Source: Mobula hypostoma (Eukaryota). From it: 64,000 bases of DNA. The stretch spans positions 82,276,001 to 82,340,000 of the forward strand of contig NC_086097.1 in assembly GCF_963921235.1 (NCBI RefSeq). The letters are read 5' to 3'. Under the pieces are notes generated by a model. The model worked only from the letters and a program-made list of their open reading frames with translations, made no database searches and was not told where the DNA came from. Of this stretch, positions 25,640-37,418 are shown piece by piece (position 1 is the first letter of the stretch; each line of letters begins with the position of its first letter). The position numbers and the translations under genes were made by a program.

Positions 25640-26390
25640 GGTCCCCTTCATGATAGCTTATGAAGAAGCATGTGACTTCCCTCCCAGAGATGATAGGTGT
25701 TTGTGCACTGGACTCTCGAAGGCTTGGACCCCATCGTCACAGATGTTTCCAACCACAGCATCTGGAAGGCTGTTCCAAGTTCTGATAGCACAGTGAAGGA
25801 AGCTTCTATCCAGTGTGTAGGTTCTCGCATCGGGCATAGAAACAGCATGAGCAGGCATAGATAAACTTGATCGTGCGGTGCACCGTTTCTCATAAGATGA
25901 AGGCAGCATGGCGCGAAGGTCTGCAGGGCTGTGGCTGGTGTGTATTTTAGCACAGTAGCTGCAGCAACCTGTCGTCTGTGGTGTAAGCTACTGATGGCTA
26001 GCTTCTCACCAGCTGTGGCTTCATCTACACCTATAATCCTCAGAGCCTTTCTTTGAATGAAGTCAAGCTGCCTGAGGACACTCTGTGAGGCATTCATCCA
26101 TGATAAGCAGACATACTCCATAAGATTTCATACCTGGGCTTTGTAAACTGTGGCTCTGCCCTCTTTGTCTAGTTTGGATGCTACTTTCCACAGAGCTCCA
26201 AGCCTTTGTCTGGCCTTGTTTGAAATAGTGGAACGGTGTTTATCCCACACCAACTTGCTGTCAATATTAACACCAAGGATTACTAGCTCCTTCTTTAAAT
26301 CCAGCTTGTAGTTCCCAAAATACAGGTCGGGGTTAGATGGATTCCTCTTCCTAGACATCACCATCGCCTCGCACTTAGTAGGCTCCATTG
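25640..26390 (-). mobile_element. CR1/L2-group LINE 3' fragment (a family distinct from the main CR1)
   Basis: KCEAMVMSRK..LVILGVNIDSKLVWDKH..YKAQV / MEYVCLSWM..LDFIQRKALRII is an RT C-terminus. Confidence 0.75.
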
Positions 26391-29300
26391 TCTGTTATTT
26401 GCGATTGACTTTGGCTGCAAACAAGGTGCTGGAACACTGGGGGCTGAGCAATATGGTATGATGGTTTCAGAAGGTGAGAAAATGAGACAATAAATAGAGG
26501 CCAGTCAATGTAACATCAGTGGTAGGAAAGAGTTCTGGGATGATATTAATCAGCGTTCAGAGTGAAACAAAGACCATTAAAGGTCAGCATGCGTTTGGTA
26601 AAAGAAGGTTTGTCCAAATTGAAAGTATTAAGGAGATGACATGTTAGCTTAATGAGAGGAAATGATTTGATGTGGCTGGCTTGGATTTCTGAAAGCATTT
26701 GAGAAAACGATCAGAATTCCAGGGGATGCAAGAAGTGGCAACCCAGATTTAAATCTGGCTCAGTGACAAAAAGCTCCAAGTTGCAGTGACTGGATGCAGT
26801 GATTCTCGAGTTCCTTCTGCAAAGATTGTGGGGGTCTGGAAATCACTGCCTGAGATGGCGGTGTAAGCAGAAACCCTAGTCACATTCAAAGGGCATCTGT
26901 CTAAGTCTTTGAAAGCCCATATTATAAGGCTGGAGACCAAGAGTTGGGAATTGGAACTCACGGGCCCAACACCATTCACTAGTCTGGATAACCCAACGGT
27001 CTCATGAGTCTGATTCTATTGATTCTTGGGTAATTTTGAGAGGCATAATTAGAAATTGAACTAAATTGGTAGATATTCTCCAGCAAGTTCCCCAGTTCAT
27101 TTCTTTTCCTGAGGAAAGACCCAAGGTTTGATCGATTTAAGCAGTGAGCTGAATTGGAAAAGTGGCCACAGGCCGAATCAAGGCAATGGGGCTCGGAACT
27201 GAGAGCCTATCGAAGTGGCAGGGACTGCGTCCCGAAATTTGAATGATTTAGGCGCCATGCCAGGTTGGAAAGATCAAGGTGCTGGGGTCAGAGGGAGAAG
27301 GGACAGGCTGGTTCAGCCGGCTGCTCCACCAAGTTTACTCATCTCCGAACTGAACAGAGACTGTGGGCTGCAACTAACAGGCTTCTGAATCGGCCACAGT
27401 GATGCCTGGCTCTCTGTCTGTGACTCACTTTCATGAACTTATGTTCTGAATGATATTTGCTTATTTTTATTGTTTGGTTGATTTGTTCTTTTTCTGCCTG
27501 TTGGGTGTTTGATGGTCTTTCGTTTTAATGGGTTCTATTTGGTTTCTTATTTTAGTGGCTGCCTGTAAGGAAATGAATCCCAAAGTGGTATAATGTATAC
27601 ATATTTTGATCATAAATGTAATTTGAACTTTGAACTTTTCCACCAGTAGCTGACTAGAGGTCACAGTATTGGCAAGAAGGGGGTAACACTGGGAGTCCTC
27701 AACGCTGACTTCAGTCTCCATGGTCAAGCAACAGCAAGGAAACCTCCCTCTGATGGTCATGTTTGATTATCCTCCTCAACAGATGAATCAGCACTCCTCC
27801 ATGTTAGACTACATTTCAAAGACACGCTGAAAGTTGGAAGGACAGAGCTTTCTGGAAGTAAACATCAGGTCAGCCTGTACCTGTGGGGAGAGTAAATAGA
27901 TCCAACATTTCAGGGCAGAGATCTTTCATCAGCACCGCGAGTCTGATCTGAACCTGAAACATTGACACTGTTCCTCTTTCCACAGATGCAGTCTGACCTG
28001 CTGGATATTTCCAGCACTTTTGGTTTGTTTTAGATTTCCAGGTTCTGAAGTTTTGGTTTTATTTTCACCTAAAATTTGAAATCACTGATGGCAGAATTCA
28101 CTGGATTCATCTAGGGTTCCTCCAAGCTCCACCACTGACTGAGGTGGCAGAGTTCTGAAGGACATATGTTCCGGATTGTATGGTGGTGGGATGTTAGACA
28201 ATCAACACATAGGATTGAACTACTTCACCTTGTCCTGACTGGTCTTTCTATGAGAAATGCATCAATACATGACAGCTGTAACCGCTGCCTAGTCCATGCA
28301 GGAAGAACGTCCTGTGTTCGCATCAAGCATGAGACAGAAGTAACAACAGAAATGCTTAGCACAGTAATCTATAATGATGTGGCCTGGCATATCCCACACT
28401 TTATCACCAGAGTCAAGCCAGTGGTTGAAATCTAGCTCAATTAAAAATGCAGAAGGACACTCCAGGAATGATATCATATACACCCTATGCAGGATACCAA
28501 CATGGTGAAGTTGGTGCTGTGCTAAATATCAAGGTTAACATTCAATAGGCAGAGCCCCACAACAGATGGACAAGGTCAAGGCTATGCAGTCTTGACCCAT
28601 CCAGTCATGAGTGGTGATTGTTAATGAGAGAGGGAGGCTTCAAAAATATTCACCAAACTCAACAATAAAGAACCCAGTCTCTGAGTGATAAGCTGAACTA
28701 ATTGCATCCATGTTCAACCAGGTTACTGATTGGATGATCCATCTTGGACTCCTCCTGCGACTCCCACCACCAGATAAACCAGTCTTCAAACATCTTGATT
28801 ACTTCCAAGAATAGGTGAAGGGGTTGGATATAGCACCGGCTTTGAGATCGATCAACATCTCAGCTATAGTTCTAAAGACATTGATACAGAACAAACTGCA
28901 TCTAGGAAGTTAGCATCTACGCAACTCTGTGCAAAACTGTGTATACTCGGTTCACAAAAAGCAGGACAAGTCCCACATATTTGGTTAATTATGTCGCAAC
29001 TTACTCAGTGTATTCCTAATCATAAAGAAACTGATGGAAGATGTTGTCTGGCATTTCTGCCAAGTGGCACTGTCCACAAGATGCTCACCAAATCCAGTTT
29101 AGGTATTACCAGCGGACTCAGTCTTTGAGCGTACATGGAGCACCAAGAACTGGATACAAGGATTGAGGTGAAAGTATCTGGTCTTACTAGCAAGAATGCA
29201 CCTGACTACGTATGGTGGCATCAAGGAACTCCAGTCAAATGTAAATCAAATGACATCAGGAGGAAAAATATCCAGTTGTTGTACTTTTTGGATATTCACT

Positions 29301-32300
29301 AATGGTTACTTAATTACCATTCAGAACTCCACAAAAGTCTATGCCTGCATGCGACAAGACAGACAACGATCGGGTATGGCTTATTAAGGGACAAATAATC
29401 CTCTTGCTATGGAATTATCAGGTAGTGGCTTCTCTAGCAAGATTCAGGTGCATTCTTGGTATCGAGACCAGGTACTCTCACCTCGATCCTGATATCTAAC
29501 TGTTTTGTCCAGTCAACTAGCTTCAAAATTCAATTACATTTCACAACCTGCATTCCACCCCCAACCCCAATATTAACATCGTTAACCAAAAATTCAGCTT
29601 TCCCAAATACATTAACATCCTGGCTGCAAAAGTCGGTCAGAAATGGGAAGCAATTTGTGTCCTGACATCCCAAAGCTTTTCTGCCACCTGGAAGGCACAA
29701 GTCAGGGGTGTAACAGATTTCTCTCAACTTGTTTGGATAACTGCAGCTCCAATAACACTCAAAAATATCAACACCATCTCACCACCACAATGTGGTGGTC
29801 ATGTGATAATTTTTCAAAGCAAATTCTTGTTAGCAGCACCTTGCAAAAAAATTCTTTTAACCATCAGGTATTGCCATCCTTTCTCCATGACTGCTTTCCT
29901 CTTGCAGCTAATAGTGGATACGTTTAATATCATATGAGTGGAATTATGGAAGGGAAAATATATTTTCATAAGTAAGAATAACTTTGGGCAGTGGATCAGT
30001 CATTGGATTGGAACTCCCAATTGACTCAGTATAACTTTGCAAGGCAATGTGTGAACAGAAGACTTGCTATTTTTCTCTGAGAAAAACCATTGGAAATTTA
30101 CCAGCATTTGAGTGGTTTGTTAGATACAACCAGGCCCGTTGTTTAGCATTTGATGAGAAACTGCAAGTAGTTGGGAAATACTTTTGTATAAAGATGGCGA
30201 TGGTGAAAATTAGCATGAAATAAATGTGATTAAAAGGGAATTGAAATACCTTTGGAAGATATGAAATACCTTTGGAAGATATGGAGGGCATGAGAAAAGT
30301 TGGTAAAGTGGAGCAGAATGTGGCAGGTGATGAGTGAAAAAAAATGAGGATTGTGAGGTAGTGGGCCCCAGAAAAATGTCGAAAGAACTCCGTGGGTCAG
30401 AGTGCAACCATGAAATAGGTAATTGATGTTTTAAGGCAAGTCCCTTCATTTGGACTTGACTTGATTCCAGATGAAAGGTCCTGATCCGAAATGCCTTCCT
30501 TCAGCATTTTGTGTGTTGCTCCAGATTCTAGAATGTGCTATCTTTTGTATCTCTCTTGATAGTCCTTATGTACCTCAAGTTCACATTCTAGTTATTTGTC
30601 ATAGGTATACATAGCCAAGGTTCAAATGCCATGAAAATAAGCTTTATGCCGCAGTTGTCTGTTAAATTACATAATCTTAAATCAACATGAATTATACATA
30701 ATTTACAGGACTAAATAAAATAAATCTGTAACATTACAAGATATGACAAGATTACATTACAAAAATCTATAACATTGCAAGACTTTGCCACTGCCTCAGT
30801 TCATTATCTGCTGCTGAATTTACTTTATGACAATGTTATAATAGACTCATGCCTGACTCTCTTATTGTATTCTCCATAAATTGAATCATTCAGAGCTCAA
30901 TTCCCAAGGTGTAAACTTGCACAAAATCCCAGCATTACATGGCTACAGTTGCTGACCTACAGTGGTCCGTTAAACAATAGACTGACTTCAGAATTATCCC
31001 CCATGCTCAAATTCAAGGTATATTAAAATTGATGGTTATTTATAGAGGACTCAAAGTTCGTCTAAAGACTGAAGATACCTAAAAGCACACAGTCACTCAG
31101 GCTGCGTCTGAGGAGAGAGATAAACAGAGTTAATATTCTGGTGGATGGCTTTACATCAGGATGAGTCATTGCAAAGAGGACGTTCCACAGTGAGAATGAA
31201 TTATCTCCTTAGAGCCAGATCAGTGATGGATGAGCTTGGCTAGACAGAAACTATTTATTTATGTACTTCCACCTTTGGCTTTCTAAGTAGCAATCATGTT
31301 TTACAGCAACTACCTTTTGTTTTCATGAATTTAATATATTCGTGTCAGGTGATAATGCTTACTTTTCAGAAATGTCTCCCCAGTGTGCTTAAGTAAAAAA
31401 CAGACTAAGCTGGAAATATTCAGAAGGTCAAGGAGCATTGGTAGATGGAGTAACAGAATTAGTGTTGCAGTTTGATGACCTTTCATCAGATCTACAAGAA
31501 AAGCTATTATGCCCTTGCACCAAGTCCCATTGAATGCTAACTGCCTTAACGTCCAGTACATTCCTCCCATCTTTCAGGAAAGGCTGCTGGAAATTCCAGG
31601 CTTCAGACATTCCTGATAATCCAGATTTTAGCATTTGCCATTTCTGGACTATTGTGTTTGCTACAGAATTATAGAGACATTAGAGATTAGTTTTATTTGT
31701 CACATGTCCATCAAAACATTAAGTGAAATATGTCATCTGCTTCAACAACAAACACAGTCCGAGGATGTGCTGGGGGCAGCCTGCAAGTATCGTCGTACTT
31801 CGAGTGCCAACATAGCATGCCCACAACTTACTAATTCTAACCTGTACATCTTTGGAATGTGGGGGTAAACCAGAGTATGTGGAGGAAACCCACACTGTTA
31901 CAAAGAGAATGCACAAACTCCTTGCAGATAGCAGCAGGAACTGAAGTCCAATTGCTGGTGCTGTAAACTGTTACACTAGCCACTACGCTGAAGTGCTAGA
32001 AACCTATTAACAGCACTACATACCAACTTCCACAACATCAACAACCAACTTAATGCTCTATGTGTGCGTTCCTACCTCTCTCATTTTGTGAGCATATCAA
32101 CCGTAATTTTTACCAGTACTGGTGTGAGATGTTGATCTGAAATACTAGCTCACCAGATTTTCCAGAGATACTCCATAACCGACTGGATAGTATTTTCTAT
32201 ATTTCTTTCACATTTCTAGTACTTCTTCAATTGCTTTTTTACTGCAAGTTGACAAGCTTCACCATTATAGTCAACCTGTCTCTAGTAGTACTGGTACAGC

Positions 32301-32503
32301 TAAAAAACCTTCTTAAATTCTCTGAGGTAATTGTTTTGAGGTAACTAGGAGAATATCAGTTTCATATTAGACATGAGAGTTAGTGTTCATATGAGTTTAA
32401 TTTTTATGAGGTTTAGAGACACTCACATATGATGTTTTGTTCTTGATGTATCAAATATCTGACTGACCAAGTAAAAATCCCTTTTAAACTTTATTTTTGT
32501 CCT

Positions 32504-32691
32504 GCAACACAAATCAAAGTTGCTGGTGAATGCAGCAGGCCAGGCAGCATCTCGAGTTAGTCCTGACGAAGGGTCTCGGCCTGAAACGTTGACTGTACCT
32601 CTTCCTAGAGATGCTGCCTGGCCTGCTGCGTTCACCAGCAACTTTGATGTGTGTTGCTTGAATTTCCAGCATCTGCAGAATTCCTCGTGTT
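32504..32691 (+). mobile_element. Penelope-like terminal insertion with a short inverted arm
   Basis: Inverted arm 32504-32553, then a full terminal repeat. Flanking direct repeat TTTATTTT(T)GTCCTGC at 32490-32505 and 32692-32706. Confidence 0.8.
32558..32595 (+). ncRNA. Minimal hammerhead ribozyme motif with intact core
   Basis: TAGTC | CTGACGA | AGG-GTCTCGG-CCT | GAAAC | GTT | GACTG: stem I, catalytic core, stem II and a GUH triplet. Confidence 0.6.
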
Positions 32692-34849
32692 TTTATTTTG
32701 TCCTGCTGCTTTTAAAGTTAAATCAAAGGATCTGATTTTGACATTATATTTTCCTGACCTTCAGCAGATTCAGATGATGCTCAGGAGCTGGCTTTTTAAT
32801 ACGTGTGCCTGAGGTTTGAGCAAACTATAGACTCACAGCAGTCTCTGGAGAAGAATCTAAATTTCAGTCTCTCCGCTGGGTTTAGTCAGTCAACACACTC
32901 GCACGTAGGAAAACCCATGACTCAAATCCATGAGTACCCTTGATGCAATGAAGAATATTAATGTACTGCCTGACACCCTCTCTCAAAAACATCTTGAGTT
33001 GCTTCTCACTTAAGTAATACTTTGCAGTGTAGTCAGAGCTTTAGGTAGATTGCACACTGCAGCTCTTTGTAGATAGGAATCTGTAACATCAGATTTACAT
33101 CTGTAAATCTGTAAGATCTGCCCTGCAATGAAATAGGACAAACTATATTTGTTATCTTGAAATCATTAGCAATAGCAGTGAACACTGGTTACAGAGCATT
33201 TGAAATAGCATTCAGAATATAGGGGTTATCCTTGAAGCACATTAGATAGGGTAAAGGCTGAGAAGCTTCTTATTTGGAGTCTCTAGAGTTAAAATGCACT
33301 CAGTTGGGTGACAGGATTAATATTGGCTTTCCAGCTAGCATGAGAAGTCATGGGCATCCAATTGTGGATGTGAGAGGCCATTGCAGGCAAGATTAATTTA
33401 TTAAAGTCTCCTGCAAAATGGCTATTTGCACCAAAGTGAGTTGCATTCATTGCATGTTAATAACAAAGAAAATAATCCTCCAGGACTGAATAGCATCACA
33501 ATATTGTTATTTTGTTAAAATTAGTTTATATCCATTGCTTTAATGGTTCAAAGTTACAACACTCCAAAGCACAGTGAGGAGGATATTTTTGAATATTATC
33601 TTTATGGTTTTATTCTAAAAGTGGCTTTTTTTTTTGCTTTTTCTTTTCCCAAGTTCCTTATTCCCATCCAAGCCTGCCAATAGCTATTGAGCTGACCATC
33701 GTGATGGGCTTTGAAATTGTTATCTTCAATTATCCAGGAAAATAAACACATAATTTGTCATTTGGAGCAATTGAAGAACAGTTACATCATCCATTTGGGG
33801 TTAACACATCAGAGAACCTGAGGACTTAATTGTCACTAAGTTTGTTCATGATTGATATGTGTTGATTGTCTGCAGCACTTGATTTACTGCATTCCTTTAA
33901 ATAGTCAAAGCCAGGTCAGGTCCACATGTATCTACATTGGAACCAGAGTCAGCCTTTGATTTACTATTACTGTCTGCTAGATCACTGCTGATTTACATCT
34001 CATTTATCTACCTTTGCTCCATCTGCCTTAAGATTTCTAACTCATAAAGAGTTATTGATCACTCAAACCTTCAACAAAATCCATTGGTTTCCAGGAGCAT
34101 TGGGGGAGCTGGGTGAAGAGGGAGAGGTAGGGAGAGGTCCTTCAGGAATGCAAAAATTGCTATTGAATTGAATTTTAATCGATTTCATTCAAACTTAGAG
34201 AATTGTTAGTCTCTCAATGAGAAAGTAACTTATAGCAGTAAAGTTTACATTTAGAAAAGAACATAATTTGAATGCTTGATATCCGATTTTGATGGAAAAT
34301 TGATTCTTATTGTAGCCCACAGCTTGAGATGAATTTTGTGTTGCTAAACAATGCAGCTTCATACTTCATTTCCAATGTTTGTTATTCTGGGGAAAGGCAA
34401 TGAACATAGGATTTATATTTTTGGAGAATATGTGAAAGTATCCTAAAGCTCTCTCTGTTTTCCTGATTTTGGCCCTGGGAGTCTAGGTAACAAAGTTTAG
34501 CCACCCATCTGGGATGGGTGCTGAATTTGATAACTTATGTTTAAAAAATCTCCAAATGCTGGAAATCTAACAGAAACACAAAATCATGGAGCACATCAGT
34601 CAGAACTTGCAAAGAGATAAAAAGACAGGTAAATACTTTATGTAGCCTTGAAATCAGAACTATTTTTATTTGTCTCATAGTTAACCTCTTCCACTAGAGT
34701 GAGGCCCATGCACACAACTCTGTTAGTTATTCTTTTTCATTTGATATCAGTCTTTTTGAGGTCTGCAGTTGCTTTTCAGAGCATCTGGAAATGACAGTTA
34801 CATAGAACATTACAGCACAGTACAGGCCCTTCAGCCCACAATGTTGTGA

Positions 34850-37418
34850 CGACAGTAGTAGTGAGGTCGGAGATGATATTAAACAGGAAATTAGAAATGT
34901 GTGCAATAAAGGAACAGCAGTTATAATGGGTGACTTCAATCTACATGTAGACTGGGTGAACCAAATTGGTAAAGGTGCTGAGGAAGAGGATTTCTTGGAA
35001 TGTATGCGGGATGGTTTTTTGAACCAACATGTCGAGGAACCAACTAGAGAGCAGGCTATTCTGGACTGGGTTTTGAGCAATGAGGAAGGGTTAATTAGCG
35101 ATCATGTCGTGAGAGGCCCCTTGCGTAAGAGTGACCATAATATGGTGGAATTCTTCATTAATATGGAGAGTGACATAGTTAATTCAGAAACAAAGGTTCT
35201 GAACTTAAAGAGGGGTAACTTTGAAGGTATGAGACGTGAATTAGCTAAGATAGACTGGCAAATGACACTTAAAGGATTGACGGTGGATATGCAATGGCAA
35301 GCATTTAAAGGTTGCATGGATGAACTACAACAATTGTTAATCCCAGTTTGGCAAAAGAATAAATCAAGGAAGGTAGTGCACCCGTGGCTGACATGAGAAA
35401 TTAGGGATAGTATCAATTCCAAAGAAGTAGCATACAAATTAGCCAGAGAAAGTGGCTCACCTGAGGACTGGGAGAAATTCAGAGTTCAGCAGAGGAGGAC
35501 AAAGGGCTTAATTAGGAAGGGGGAAAAAGATTATGAGAGAAAACTGGCAGGGAACATAAAAACGGACTGTAAAAGCTTTTATAGATATGTAAAAAGGAAA
35601 AGACTGGTAAAGACAAATGTAGGTCCCCTGCAGACAGAAACAGGTGAATTGATTATGGGGAGCAAGGACATGGCAGACCAATTGAATAATTACTTTGGTT
35701 CTGTCTTCACTAAGGAGGACATAAATAATCTTCCAGAAATAGTAAGGGACAGAGGGTCCAGTGAGATGGAGGAACTGAGTGAAATACATGTTAGTAGGGA
35801 AGTGGTGTTAGGTAAATTGAAGGGATTGAAGGCAGATAAATCCCCAGGGCCAGATGGTCTGCATCCCAGAGTGCTTAAGGAAGTAGCCCAAGAAATAGTG
35901 GATGCATTAGTGATAATTTTTCAAAACTCGTTAGATTCTGGACTAGTTCCTGAGGATTGGAGGGTGGCTAATGTAACCCCACTTTTTAAAAAAGGAGGGA
36001 GAGAGAAACCGGGGAATTATAGACCGGTTAGCCTAACATCGGTGGTGGGGAAACTGCTGGAGTCAGTCATCAAGGATGTGATAACAGCACATTTGGAAAG
36101 CGGTGAAATGATCGGACAAAGTCAGCATGGATTTGTGAAAGGAAAATCATGTCTGACAAATCTCATAGAATTTTTTGAGGATGTAACTAGTAGAGTGGAT
36201 AGGGGAGAACCAGTGGATGTGGTATATTTGGATTTTCAAAAGGCTTTTGACAAGCTCCCACACAGGAGATTAGTGTGCAAACTTAAAGCACACGGTATTG
36301 GGGGTAAGGTATTGGTGTGGATAGAGAATTGGTTAGCAGACAGGAAGCAAAGAGTGGGAATAAACGGGACCTTTTCAGAATGGCAGGCGGTAACTAGTGG
36401 GGTACCGCAAGGCTCAGTGCTGGGACCCCAGTTGTTTACAATATATATTAATGACTTGGATGAGGGAATTAAATGCAGCATCTCCAAGTTTGCGGATGAC
36501 ACGAAGCTGGGTGGCAGTGTTAGCAGTGAGGAGGATGCTAAGAGGATGCAGGGTGACTTGGATAGGTTGGGTGAGTGGGCAAACTCATGGCAGATGCAAT
36601 TTAATGTGGATAAATGTGAAGTTATCCACTTTGGTGGCAAAAATAGGAAAACACATTATTATCTGAATGGTGGCCGATTAGGAAAAGGGGAGGTGCAACG
36701 AGACCTGGGTGTCATTATACACCAGTCATTGAAAGTGGGCATGCAGGTACAGCAGGCGGTGAAAAAGGCGAATGGTATGCTGGCATTTATAGCGAGAGGA
36801 TTCGAGTACAGGAGCAGGGAGGTACTACTGCAGTTGTACAAGGCCTTGGTGAGACCACACCTGGAGTATTGTGTGCAGTTTTGGTCCCCTAATCTGAGGA
36901 AAGACATCTTTGCCATAGAGGGAGTACAAAGAAGGTTCACCAGATTGATTCCTGGGATGGCAGGTCTTTCATATGAAGAAAGACTGGATTAACTGGGCTT
37001 GTACTCGTTGGAATTTAGAAGATTGAGGGGGGATCTGATTGAAACGTATAAGATCCTAAAGGGATTGGACAGGCTAGATGCGGGAAGATTGTTCCCGATG
37101 TTGGGAGGTCCGGAACGAGGGGTCACAGTTTGAGGATAGAGGGGAAGCCTTTTAGGACCGAGATTAGGAAAAACTTCTTCACACAGAGAGTGGTGAATCT
37201 GTGGAATTCTCTGCCACAGCAAACTGTTGAGGCCAGTTCATTGACTATGTTTAAGAGGGAGTTAGATATGGCCCTTGTGGCTACAGGGGTCAGGGGGTAT
37301 GGAGGGAAGGCTGGGGCGGGGTTCTGAGTTGGATGATCAGCCATGATCATAATAAATGGCGGTGCAGGCTCAAAGGGCCGAATAGCCTACTCCTGCACCT
37401 ATTTTCTATGTTTCTATG
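34850..37418 (+). mobile_element. Young 5'-truncated CR1 LINE (end of APE domain, RT, tail)
   Basis: ORFs 34899-35396 (IMGDFN, ILDWVL, SDHNMV) and 35649-36992, with a few stops/frameshifts and a TTTCTATGTTTCTATG tail. Near-identical to the 16051 and 41678 copies. Confidence 0.95.

Noticed and set aside
30242..30283. 20-bp tandem duplication TGAAATACCTTTGGAAGATA x2
   Set aside because: Only two adjacent units with no spacer: a local slippage duplication, not a CRISPR-like array.
33090..33111. Perfect 10-bp inverted repeat CAGATTTACA-TC-TGTAAATCTG
   Set aside because: Too short and isolated to assign a function.
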